DNA from: Bdellovibrionota bacterium
GTDB lineage: Bacteria; Bdellovibrionota; FAC87; UBA2466; JACKAF01
Assembly (NCBI GenBank): GCA_041391485.1
Contig: JAWKNY010000001.1
Coordinates: 89,726 to 153,725, forward strand
Direction: 5' to 3'
DNA: 64,000 nt
Part shown: positions 1-8,354 of the stretch, piece after piece
How the letters are laid out: the number at the start of each line of letters is the position of its first letter
How positions within the stretch are numbered: the first letter of the stretch is position 1
Translations under genes and position numbers: made by a program
The notes under the pieces: model-generated
Databases searched by the model: none
The model's input: only the letters and a program-made list of their open reading frames with translations
What the model was told of the DNA's origin: nothing

Positions 1-1286
1 ATATCGCCGCCTCTCGCGAGATGGGGCTTCGTCTTGTGAAGGAGCGCGGCGACCAGTACGCGCTATTCATCTTGGACTACCAGTTGGGGACCGAGAACGG
101 TGCTGAGATGGCGAGGGAGGTTCTCACCCTTCGCCCCGAAGCGTTCGTGATGATCTACTCAAACGATCCATCGCGTGAAGCTCTTAAGCATAGCTGGCGC
201 GCTGGTGCTGTGGAGTATGTCGATAAGAATACCGACCTGAAAGAATTCGTCGCGATAGTTCGACGCTGGTGTCAGAAATACAAGGAGACGTACTTAACGC
301 TTCCCCCTCCAGAGACGAACGAGAACTCAAAGAAGATTGAGTCCATTGGCTTGGTGGGCGTTTCGGAAAAGATGGCGAAGGTCGCGGACCTTGTTTTGAA
401 GTTCAGAGATAGCAAATCAACGGTGCTCGTCACGGGAGAGTCGGGAACGGGTAAGGAGTGCATTGCCCGCGCCATTCATGGCAATAGCCGTCATCGTTTT
501 ATCGCTGTGAACTGCGCGGCCTATGCCGAAAGAACAGAGCTTTTGGAATCCGAACTCTTCGGGGTAGAAAAGGGGGCTTTCACCGGAGCCAATGCCACGA
601 AGAAAGGCATCTTCGAGGAAGTCGGAGAGGGAACCGTTCTTCTTGATGAGGTTCACACCTTAAGTCTTGTGGCCCAGCAAAAGCTACTTCGCGCTCTACA
701 AGAAAAAGCGGTTCGTCCTGTTGGAAGCACCCGCGAGTACAAAGTGCATTTCCGGCTCGTGGCCGCCGCGAAGCCCGAGATCGAACTCATGGTGAAGAAC
801 AAAGAATTTATCCCGGATCTCTATTATCGGCTGAACGTCCTTCGCATTCCGGTGCCGGCGTTACGCCAGCGGCCTGAGGACATTCCGTCACTCATCTTAA
901 ATGCCACGAAAAAGTTTGCGGCTCCTGGCTCGGCTCCGAAGCGGTTTTTACTCAGAACCGTCCGTTATTTTGAAAAGTACGGCTGGCCCGGCAATGTCCG
1001 CGAGCTAGAGAATGAAGTCGAAAAGCTATGCACCATTTGCCCGAACGACAAGATTACGCCTGAAGACTTGGATGCTCGGTTTTTTGATGATGGTTCGTCG
1101 CGACAAGAAACGCAGGAATCAGGAGGGCCGGAACTCACGCGAGAAATGATCCTTCTCGCGCTACAGGAAAGTCCGTCTATACGGGAAGCCTCCCGGCGCC
1201 TCGGAATAGCCCATAGCACGCTTTACGACATGATGAAGCGGCTCGGGATCGAAGCCAAAAACAGGAAAAAGGCGGTAGGCGTATGA
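1..1286 (+). CDS. sigma-54-dependent response regulator (NtrC-type enhancer-binding protein), 5' end cut by window edge
   Basis: Frame is open from nt 3 with no upstream stop. Receiver-domain remnant with acceptor context ALFILDYQLG. AAA+ Walker A GESGTGKE, GAFTGA loop (EKGAFTGA), C-terminal Fis-type HTH (SIREASRRLGIAHSTLYDMMKRLGI). Confidence 0.88.
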   Translation, partial: IAASREMGLRLVKERGDQYALFILDYQLGTENGAEMAREVLTLRPEAFVMIYSNDPSREALKHSWRAGAVEYVDKNTDLKEFVAIVRRWCQKYKETYLTLPPPETNENSKKIESIGLVGVSEKMAKVADLVLKFRDSKSTVLVTGESGTGKECIARAIHGNSRHRFIAVNCAAYAERTELLESELFGVEKGAFTGANATKKGIFEEVGEGTVLLDEVHTLSLVAQQKLLRALQEKAVRPVGSTREYKVHFRLVAAAKPEIELMVKNKEFIPDLYYRLNVLRIPVPALRQRPEDIPSLILNATKKFAAPGSAPKRFLLRTVRYFEKYGWPGNVRELENEVEKLCTICPNDKITPEDLDARFFDDGSSRQETQESGGPELTREMILLALQESPSIREASRRLGIAHSTLYDMMKRLGIEAKNRKKAVGV

Positions 1287-2410
1287 GTAAGATGGGCCAA
1301 TTTATCTTGGTATTCTTGTTCGCCACTCTAGGCGCTAGTAGCGTTCAAGCAAAGACTTTTCGCATCGCAGCACTCTACGCCGACACGATGACGGGGCACT
1401 TCAACTGCACCTGTAACCAGGAAGCGGCCTGTATGACGAGGGCGGTGGTGGAACAGGCTAAGAAAGAGGGACTCGACGCTTCCTTTACTCTCGTAACCCG
1501 CGACCACAATATGTTTAGCACACTGGAGGCAGCCAAACAGATCGCCCAGGAGAAATACGATGCTGTTGTGGGAACGCTTGTCTCCACTGACGCTATCGTT
1601 GCCGGAACTGTCTTTGAAGAGGCTGGGATCCCCTTTGTCGCTCCCACGGCGACTAATCCCAGCGTCACCGCCGGAAAGAAATTTGTAACCCGCATCCCCT
1701 TTAACGATTACCAGCAGTCATACCTGCTTGCGAAGCTAGCTAGTCAGGAACTCAAAGCTCGTTCGGTTGCCATTATTCGAAATACCTCACAGCCATATTC
1801 CGACTTTCTTGGCAGCCATTTCGCGGTGGAAATCAAGAAACTGAACCCAGGGATCAAAGTACGCGATTTTCCCACCTTCGAGGGGTTTACCGCGTTCGAC
1901 TCGCTCATAGAGAAGGTACTAGAGGAGCCGACAGATCTTATCTTTGTTCCCATCATGCAGGCCAGTATCGCAAATGTGTATGTCGCTCTGGAATCAAGAG
2001 GCGCAAAGCTTACGCTTCTTTCGAGCGACACCGTCGAGGGACAGCCGAAATTTATCGACCTCCTGGGGACTCGCTCGGGAAGAATCCGTTTTATTTACCC
2101 TAAGCACTGGAACGACAGAGTTGAAGGCCCTGAGTCGGTCAATTATCTCCATCTTCACAAGAAGTATTGTTCTCAGTACCCGCACTCAATGACGACGATT
2201 GCCGCGTATGATGCGGCCTCGGTATTGGTCCGTACGCTGAAAAAGAATCGCCAAATCAGAGGGGAAAAGATCATCCGGGCAATTCATCGGCAGAAGTATC
2301 ACGGAATGGCTGGAGAGCTAGCCTACGGTAAAGATGGTGATCCTATTAAGCCACTGGAGCTTTTCGAGTTGAAAGGCAATCGCGGGGTTCATTGGCGGAG
2401 GTGGGAATAG
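1283..2410 (+). CDS. periplasmic ligand-binding protein (LivK / type-1 periplasmic binding fold-like)
   Basis: Sec signal MSKMGQFILVFLFATLGASSVQA. Length and alternating alpha/beta pattern typical of branched-chain amino-acid-type binding proteins. ATGA overlap with the upstream regulator gene. Confidence 0.6.
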   Translation: MSKMGQFILVFLFATLGASSVQAKTFRIAALYADTMTGHFNCTCNQEAACMTRAVVEQAKKEGLDASFTLVTRDHNMFSTLEAAKQIAQEKYDAVVGTLVSTDAIVAGTVFEEAGIPFVAPTATNPSVTAGKKFVTRIPFNDYQQSYLLAKLASQELKARSVAIIRNTSQPYSDFLGSHFAVEIKKLNPGIKVRDFPTFEGFTAFDSLIEKVLEEPTDLIFVPIMQASIANVYVALESRGAKLTLLSSDTVEGQPKFIDLLGTRSGRIRFIYPKHWNDRVEGPESVNYLHLHKKYCSQYPHSMTTIAAYDAASVLVRTLKKNRQIRGEKIIRAIHRQKYHGMAGELAYGKDGDPIKPLELFELKGNRGVHWRRWE

Positions 2411-4086
2411 TGTTACCTGTTTCAACCAGGCTTCTCAGGGCACGGCTCCGGCAAACGACTTGGCTGCCCATAACCATTGTCGTTGCTCTATTGATGTTCG
2501 CCGTGGCGTTTCTACTCAAACAGCAGTTTGACGAGAAATTGAAAAATACGGCTTCTGCTCTTTCCGACGTGATGAAGTCACAGCAGAGTTTCTTTGCCGC
2601 CGATGTCTTTCTAAATTCAAGTCAGGGGATTCAGCTTCGCATGGATTCCCTTCTCTCGGAGTGGCGTGAGAAGTATCCGTCAGTCCAGGCATGTATACGA
2701 ATTGAGTATGGGATTCCGGGAAAGGCTCCCCAGAAGATCAAGGGTTGCAGCCTTGGTTCCGCCGATGCAGACGCGATTTTCAAAAACCACGCGTTTACCA
2801 GCACTCCCATTAGGATTGGCGAAAAGGAGATCGCTCACATCGATCAGGCGGCCATTCGACCCACGACGTTTCGAGATCTGTTTCCGCCGGTTTTGTGGCT
2901 CACCATTTTTCTTGCAGTCTTAGGTGCAACATTTGCTCACCGAGTTCTTGTAAGACGTGTCGAGGCACAGATCCTAAATCCTCTTTTGGACAAGATTACT
3001 GAGGACGGACGAAATGCCGCGATTGCGGAAACAACTCGGATGGTGGCCCACGACATTCGAAAGCCGTTTCAGGTCATGAAGCTGGCACTGAATACGCTAC
3101 TTGAATCCAAGAACGAGCTCGTTCGCAGGGTGGGCGTCCAGCTCTGCACCGATATCGAGGGGAGCGTTCGAAAAGTAAATGCCATGCTCCAAGATATTCT
3201 CGATACGAGCCGTGAGATGACCCCGCAAGTAGAGAAAATCTCCGCCACGAAGTTGTGGAAGACTTGTGTCCACGAAACGCTACGTTTCTATCCCGACATT
3301 CATGTCAAGGTGGACTACGATCTCCGCCATCAAAAGATGCTCATGGCGGACCCCGAGAAGGTTTCCCGAGTTTTTACGAACCTCTTTGAAAACGCGGTTC
3401 AGGCAATTGGGACCGGGAAGGACCCGTCCGGTCTGATTCGCATTACCAGCCAAGACGTACCGGAAAAGAGCCAGATCCAGTTTCATATTTCCAACACCGG
3501 TCCTGGCATCAGCAAAGAGGATGCGGCCCAGCTTTTCAGTCCGTTTTTCACACGAAAGAAAAACGGTACGGGTCTGGGCCTAAGCATCTCGAAAAAGATT
3601 GTAAACTCCCACGGAGGGGAGATCACCTGTTCCTCTGCCAGCGAGGAGGAAACACGGTTCACTTTCACGCTGCCATCCATAGCAGCTCCCGAGCGGGTCG
3701 CTAAGGAAGACACGCCTGATGCTGGAGGCTTGGAAAAGATCCGTGAGCGGATAGTCCTGGTCTTCGACGATGAGAAGTTCGTTCATGCGAATTGGCGACA
3801 GTATGCGGCCAATCACAGCTTCGTTACCTTGGCCCAATTCACCCGATGGGAGGAGTTCGTCGAGCAGAACGCCTTTTCGCTAGCTCAGGACGCCGTGGCC
3901 TTTGTTGACATTCATTTTCTTAACTCCCGCCACAGTGGGATAGATATCGCGAAGTCCCTGCGGAAACTGGGAGTAAAGCGCATCTACGCAATTACCAATG
4001 ACCCAGAAGCGGCGAAGGAATCGGGACTGTTCGACGCAATCCTCGGCAAAGAGGTTCCAAAGGACTTCATGACGCTCGTAGGATAG
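2392..4086 (+). CDS. hybrid sensor histidine kinase (two TM segments, HisKA, HATPase_c, C-terminal receiver-like domain)
   Basis: H-box MVAHDIRKPF, N-box LFENAVQA, G-boxes NTGPGI and GTGLGLSISKKIVNSHGGEI. C-terminal IVLVFDDE ... AFVDIHF receiver-like segment. Start codon uncertain because it overlaps the upstream gene. Confidence 0.85.
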   Translation: MAEVGIVLPVSTRLLRARLRQTTWLPITIVVALLMFAVAFLLKQQFDEKLKNTASALSDVMKSQQSFFAADVFLNSSQGIQLRMDSLLSEWREKYPSVQACIRIEYGIPGKAPQKIKGCSLGSADADAIFKNHAFTSTPIRIGEKEIAHIDQAAIRPTTFRDLFPPVLWLTIFLAVLGATFAHRVLVRRVEAQILNPLLDKITEDGRNAAIAETTRMVAHDIRKPFQVMKLALNTLLESKNELVRRVGVQLCTDIEGSVRKVNAMLQDILDTSREMTPQVEKISATKLWKTCVHETLRFYPDIHVKVDYDLRHQKMLMADPEKVSRVFTNLFENAVQAIGTGKDPSGLIRITSQDVPEKSQIQFHISNTGPGISKEDAAQLFSPFFTRKKNGTGLGLSISKKIVNSHGGEITCSSASEEETRFTFTLPSIAAPERVAKEDTPDAGGLEKIRERIVLVFDDEKFVHANWRQYAANHSFVTLAQFTRWEEFVEQNAFSLAQDAVAFVDIHFLNSRHSGIDIAKSLRKLGVKRIYAITNDPEAAKESGLFDAILGKEVPKDFMTLVG

Positions 4087-4161
4087 GGCTGTTCAAATGT
4101 AAATCACGTGAGTTAACAAAAAGAGGCTTATCGCGCCGCCGAAAGTGCAATTTGCCGCAGG

Positions 4162-4180
4162 GCGCCCTTCAGGGCGTTTC
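4162..4180 (+). terminator. weak intrinsic-terminator-like hairpin downstream of the hybrid kinase
   Basis: CGCCC-TTCA-GGGCG stem-loop followed by TTTC, about 75 nt after the stop at 4086. The stem is short and the U-tract poor. Confidence 0.25.
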
Positions 4181-4307
4181 TATTCGGTCGGTCTCAAGAC
4201 GGCCGTTGCCCATCAATAAATTCAAGGAACAGAAGTTGAGGATCCCGGATTGCCTAATTCGTAGATCTTCATCGAGGTCAACTCAGCCTGAGGTTCTGTG
4301 CGGGTAT

Positions 4308-5408
4308 CTATTTCGCTTTCGGTAGCACAATAGTCACCGTGGTACCCTGACCAACTTTGCTTTCAACATGTATGGAGCCTCCCCAGGAGTGAATCATTTG
4401 GTGCGCAATCGCCAAGCCTAGCCCCTTTCCCTCGCCTACCTCTTTGGTGGTGAAGAACGGGCGAAAGAGGTCATGCATTTGCTTATCCGTGATCCCACAG
4501 CCGGTGTCCTGAACGCTGACTTCCCAATGGGTCTCTCGATCTTTTCTTGAGACATCGATTGTGTGACCGTCCGTGCGACCTTTCGCGATCGCTGTTTCGA
4601 TCGCATGGAGAGAGTTCGTCAGTAAGTTTAGGACAACTTGGCCAAGATAATCCGAAGGGGCTGTGACTTTAGTATCCTCGCTAACTTGCATTTTCATTGC
4701 AATCTTACGCGTTTCAAGTTTATCCCTGATCATATTGTAAACGTTATCGAGAACCTCTTTCACAAACGTCGTGCCCGAGGTGTCGTAGTTGCTCTTTATC
4801 GCCAGCGCGAGTAATGAACGAGTGATTTCGGCAAGACGGTCTACCTGAGCGATGATAGTCTTGAGATCCTCGCGTATCGGAGAATCGGCGTCTAAACTGC
4901 CCAACACCAACTCAGCTCTGCCTCTCACAGTTCCGAGTGGCGTTCCGGTTTCGTGAGCAAGACCAGCGGCCAGCACGCCAATCGTTGCCAGTCGGTCTTT
5001 TCGCATCAGCTCGAGTTCGCGAAGTTTTTTCTCAGTGAGATCGATAGCGATTCCCATGTACCCGGCTAGGGCGCCACGAGGGTCCTTGAACGGCGCAATG
5101 GTGAGCAGCATTGGTATTTCTTTTCCGTCCTTCGAACGATTGATCAATTCGCCCTTCCAGAAGCCCTTTTGCGGATCGAGGATTTCGGTCCACATGTTTT
5201 TGTAGAAGTCTTCTTCTTGGTACTTCGAACGAAGGATTCTTGGGGTCTTTCCCAGGGCTTCCTCCTTCGCAAACCCAAAAAGTCGGATCCATGCTTTGTT
5301 GACGTAGAATATGTTTCCGCGCACATCCGTCAGCATGACGGCATCATTCGAATTCTCAATGCACTGGTAGAGGACTCCGCTCTCATCTAGTTGGAGTGGT
5401 GAAGGCAT
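4308..5408 (-). CDS. PAS-domain sensor histidine kinase (cytoplasmic)
   Basis: N-terminal PAS (NSNDAVMLTDVRGNIFYVNKAW ... GELINRSKDGKEIP), H-box LAHETGTPLG, HATPase_c boxes NLLTNSLHA, DTGCGI, GKGLGLAIAHQMIHSWGGSIHVES. No TM segment. Confidence 0.9.
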   Translation of the reverse strand: MPSPLQLDESGVLYQCIENSNDAVMLTDVRGNIFYVNKAWIRLFGFAKEEALGKTPRILRSKYQEEDFYKNMWTEILDPQKGFWKGELINRSKDGKEIPMLLTIAPFKDPRGALAGYMGIAIDLTEKKLRELELMRKDRLATIGVLAAGLAHETGTPLGTVRGRAELVLGSLDADSPIREDLKTIIAQVDRLAEITRSLLALAIKSNYDTSGTTFVKEVLDNVYNMIRDKLETRKIAMKMQVSEDTKVTAPSDYLGQVVLNLLTNSLHAIETAIAKGRTDGHTIDVSRKDRETHWEVSVQDTGCGITDKQMHDLFRPFFTTKEVGEGKGLGLAIAHQMIHSWGGSIHVESKVGQGTTVTIVLPKAK

Positions 5409-5467
5409 AGAAAACGCCGTTTTGATCGGGGTAGGTTGAAAATATGTTTTTCCACCCCATATTGATG

Positions 5468-5483
5468 TGCAACGCCAGTGCCA
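5468..5483 (-). promoter_or_regulatory. sigma-54 (-24/-12) promoter for the PAS kinase gene
   Basis: Minus strand reads TGGCAC-TGGCG-TTGCA, an exact match to the TGGCAC-N5-TTGCA consensus. The -12 element lies 60 nt upstream of the ATG at 5408. Confidence 0.65.
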
Positions 5484-5568
5484 CCGAATTCAGCCTAGCG
5501 GCGCTACGCTGGGGTATGTGACTTTGAGACAAATTAGCCCGCAGGGGGGACATCCTGGACGGAGTTTA

Positions 5569-5582
5569 TTGATAAACATCAT
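5569..5582. promoter_or_regulatory. degenerate FNR/CRP-type box
   Basis: TTGATAAACATCAT: left half perfect, right half ATCAT versus ATCAA. It lies between the divergent PAS kinase gene and the 5595 ORF. Confidence 0.35.
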
Positions 5583-5594
5583 CTTGCTCGCCTA

Positions 5595-6209
5595 GTGACA
5601 AAGGCAGACAAGAATTCCATGGGGTTATCTTGGCGAATAGGAGTGGTAGTCGCCGCGGCAAGCGTCATCTTTGCGCTCGGCCTAAACCTGGCCTTATCGA
5701 TCATTCTATCGCTCGCCACACTTCTCATCCTTATTCGACGAGAGATTCTTGAAAGTTTGTTTCCCTTACGGGCCTATCGTAAGAATTGCCTCTCCGTGCG
5801 GGGTTTGGAGAGCGACCCAAAATTCGAGGAGCAGTTTCGCAACGAGCTTGCCGCAGCCATATGCCAGGCTTTCCCCGAGCACAAACCAACCGCCTGCTGT
5901 TGCATCGCGGGCGGGAAGGAGATTTTTGAGGCCACGCTGGTTCTCCACAGCCCAGATGGGCACCTTCAAATTCGAGTTTCCGGCGAATCGATTTCGGGAG
6001 CCACAAGCGAACTACTCGGGCGGGTTCAGCACTACAACGGGGACCCACCCTTCCAGACGCCTAGCTCCGACCTCTTCCCAAGATGTCGGGGATGCGTCAC
6101 GAGAAAAGCGCACCGCTTGATAAACCGCAATTATCCGTACCTTAACCCACTCGGGCAGGCGTCAAAATGGGACCATTTTTGGACCAGACTTCGCACGCAA
6201 ACCCATTAG
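5595..6209 (+). CDS. hypothetical membrane protein
   Basis: GTG-initiated ORF (alternative ATG at 5619). One or two N-terminal hydrophobic helices (VVVAAASVIFALGLNLALSIILSLATLLILI). No recognisable domain. Confidence 0.4.
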   Translation: MTKADKNSMGLSWRIGVVVAAASVIFALGLNLALSIILSLATLLILIRREILESLFPLRAYRKNCLSVRGLESDPKFEEQFRNELAAAICQAFPEHKPTACCCIAGGKEIFEATLVLHSPDGHLQIRVSGESISGATSELLGRVQHYNGDPPFQTPSSDLFPRCRGCVTRKAHRLINRNYPYLNPLGQASKWDHFWTRLRTQTH

Positions 6210-6232
6210 AACCTAAGAATTTTCTTCTTTTA

Positions 6233-6261
6233 TTGACAGGCGACAACCGGGAGATGTTAAT
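6233..6261 (+). promoter_or_regulatory. candidate sigma-70 promoter of the FNR-family gene
   Basis: TTGACA (6233-6238), 17-nt spacer, GTTAAT (6256-6261). The ATG is at 6288. Confidence 0.3.
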
Positions 6262-6287
6262 GGTGGGTTAAAGGGATTTTCCTAGAA

Positions 6288-7001
6288 ATGCACACGAATG
6301 AACAGGGTTGCGAGTCATGTCCGGAGAGATCAGAAGGGATCTTTGCCGACCTTAAGCCGGATGAGCTTGCCCTAATTAGTCGGTGCAAGACAACGAACCG
6401 GTACAAGAAAAAGCAGGTCATCTTCTACGAAGGTAACGTACCGTACGGGGTGCATTGCGTCAGGAAAGGCAAACTCAAGCTTTACAGAACAAGCGCGCAG
6501 GGCAAGGAACAAGTGGTTCGCTTGGTCCAAGAAGGGGAGGCGATGGGTTTCAAGTCCCTTTTGACCTCCGACAAATACAGCCTTACTGCCGAGGTTCTTG
6601 AGGACGCCGAGATTTGCTTCTTGGACAAAAGCGCTTTTTTTGAACTCTTGGACCACTCACCAAAGCTCGCTCGAAATATGCTGGAAACAGTTTGTCATGA
6701 GGTGCGATCCCAAGAAAATACCATCTGCAGTTATTCGCAAAAATCCGTCCGGGAGCGGGTGGCCGAAACCTTGCTAATTCTAGCGGAAAAGTATGGTCGG
6801 AAGAACTCTGACGGCACGATCGAGATAAAGACCCCTCTCAAACGGGAGGACATTGCAACGCTTGCGGGAACCGTACTCGAAAGCGCGGTGCGCTATCTTT
6901 CTGAATTCAAGAACGACGGCTACATTGATCTCGTGGCCAAAGAGATCAAGATCCTCAAACCAGACAAGCTTCTTGCCATCACACAGAGCCAGATGGCCTA
7001 G
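6288..7001 (+). CDS. Crp/Fnr-family transcriptional regulator, FNR-like
   Basis: cNMP-binding beta-roll (FYEGNVPYGVHCVRKGKLKLY), N-terminal Cys pair C8-x2-C11, and a Cys in AEICFLD at the position equivalent to E. coli FNR Cys122. C-terminal HTH with recognition helix ESAVRYL (E---R pattern that reads TTGAT half-sites). Confidence 0.85.
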   Translation: MHTNEQGCESCPERSEGIFADLKPDELALISRCKTTNRYKKKQVIFYEGNVPYGVHCVRKGKLKLYRTSAQGKEQVVRLVQEGEAMGFKSLLTSDKYSLTAEVLEDAEICFLDKSAFFELLDHSPKLARNMLETVCHEVRSQENTICSYSQKSVRERVAETLLILAEKYGRKNSDGTIEIKTPLKREDIATLAGTVLESAVRYLSEFKNDGYIDLVAKEIKILKPDKLLAITQSQMA

Positions 7002-7007
7002 CCGGCC

Positions 7008-7021
7008 TTGACAAAAATCAA
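7008..7021. promoter_or_regulatory. FNR box
   Basis: TTGACAAAAATCAA, one mismatch to TTGAT-N4-ATCAA. It sits in the 28-nt gap after the FNR-family gene stop. Confidence 0.6.
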
Positions 7022-7029
7022 TTCTTTGT

Positions 7030-7425
7030 TTGATGGCCCGCATCTGTATCTGTGGCGGAAGATGCTATCTACAGATGATGGGGAAATTACCTGAGAAGAA
7101 CTCCGAGCTCATTTCCGCAATCAAAAAGCACTGGGATGAACTGATCGACCGGGGACAGATCTTGTCCTATCAGCCGGACCAGTACCTTTTTTATGAGAAT
7201 CACAAAGCGCTGGGCGCCTATCTCCTGTGCAAAGGCACTATTGCGCTGGCAAAAGCGGATGACCCTTCATTTAAGAAAACAATTTCCGCGGAATCCCAGC
7301 CCATCATCGGGATGGACTATCTCGTGACCGGGGACACGTACGACTATTCCGCAAAGGCTGTTACCTCGGCTGAACTCTGCTACCTGCCAAAGAGCGAAAT
7401 CTTAAAACTTCTGCCCCCAAAGTAA
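7030..7425 (+). CDS. stand-alone cNMP/FNR-type sensor domain protein without DNA-binding domain
   Basis: Aligns by eye to the beta-roll of the upstream regulator (YLLCKGTIAL vs VHCVRKGKLKL; AELCYLPKSE vs AEICFLDKSA) and ends where the dimerisation helix would begin. Possible starts at 7030/7033 (adds MMARICICGGRC) or 7075/7078. Confidence 0.6.
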   Translation: MMARICICGGRCYLQMMGKLPEKNSELISAIKKHWDELIDRGQILSYQPDQYLFYENHKALGAYLLCKGTIALAKADDPSFKKTISAESQPIIGMDYLVTGDTYDYSAKAVTSAELCYLPKSEILKLLPPK

Positions 7426-7447
7426 GCCCCTTGAGCCAGACAGCCCC

Positions 7448-7461
7448 TTGATAAAAATCAA
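7448..7461. promoter_or_regulatory. FNR box upstream of the cytochrome c-nar-act operon
   Basis: Perfect TTGATAAAAATCAA (extended CTTGATAAAAATCAAG). The centre is about 63 nt upstream of the ATG at 7518, compatible with a class II (-41.5) arrangement. Confidence 0.75.
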
Positions 7462-7517
7462 GGTTCTGCTTGAAAAGCGTCATTACCGTTCCCTTTTCGC
7501 CCACCTAACATAAAAGC

Positions 7518-8354
7518 ATGAATCGAGAATCCCTCACCTTTGGAAGATGTTTCAGGTTCGCGAGGTTGGTGTTGGTGGCTTCGACCGTAGCGAGTTCGTG
7601 GAGCTTCGCGTTTGATGCCGCCGAAACTTTCGAGAAAAAATGTAGCAGCTGTCACAGTATTGGAGGGGGCGATGACGTAGGTCCCGACCTGAAAGGCGTC
7701 ACCGAGCGACGGGATTCGAAGTGGCTGATTCGCTTCATTCAGGAGTCCCAGACGATTATTCAAAGTGGCGATCCCGTAGCCGTAGAACTTTTTAACAAGT
7801 TCCGGCAAAAGAAAATGCCGGATAATGATCTGGCCGAAGCTGAGGTCTTGCAGCTTCTTGAATTTATCAAGGCGGGTGGGGCCCCCACAAAAACAAGTGA
7901 AAACAAGTCAGCCCTCAAAGCAACTCCGAACGACGTAGAATTGGGAAAAAACCTCTTCTCCGGATCCATGAGGCTTTCAAAGGGCGGGCCTTCGTGTGTC
8001 TCGTGCCATACGGCCGGACAACTCCAATACCTCGGCGGAGGGAGCCTTGGCCCCGATCTCACTCAAGCGTACTCAAACTACAACGATACTGGGCTTTCAA
8101 AGGTGCTTACTAAAATCACCTTCCCAACCATGGCGGAGATCTACGCGGCAAAGCCACTAACGAACGACGAAGTGTTTCAGATAAAGGCCTTTCTCTATTC
8201 AGTTGATAAAACGGGCCCCGTCACTGCCGGCTATCAGAAGAAATTCCTGTTCCTTGGAATCCTAGGCCTCTTCGTGGGCCTTGGAGTCATCGATTTCTCA
8301 TGGAGAAGCCGACGACGAAAATCGAGCCGACCCACTGCTGGAGGAAAGTCATGA
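7518..8354 (+). CDS. membrane-anchored dihaem c-type cytochrome
   Basis: Signal-like N-terminus, two CXXCH motifs (CSSCH, CVSCH), C-terminal TM helix ([18 protein letters not shown]). Its stop overlaps the narG ATG (ATGA). Confidence 0.8.
   Translation: MNRESLTFGRCFRFARLVLVASTVASSWSFAFDAAETFEKKCSSCHSIGGGDDVGPDLKGVTERRDSKWLIRFIQESQTIIQSGDPVAVELFNKFRQKKMPDNDLAEAEVLQLLEFIKAGGAPTKTSENKSALKATPNDVELGKNLFSGSMRLSKGGPSCVSCHTAGQLQYLGGGSLGPDLTQAYSNYNDTGLSKVLTKITFPTMAEIYAAKPLTNDEVFQIKAFLYSVDKTGPVTAGYQKKFLFLGILGLFVGLGVIDFSWRSRRRKSSRPTAGGKS

Noticed and set aside
4277-4292. Short palindrome ACTCAGCCTGAGG as a terminator of the PAS kinase gene
   Set aside because: It has only a 5-bp stem with a 1-2 nt loop and no U-tract on the minus strand, which is too weak to call.
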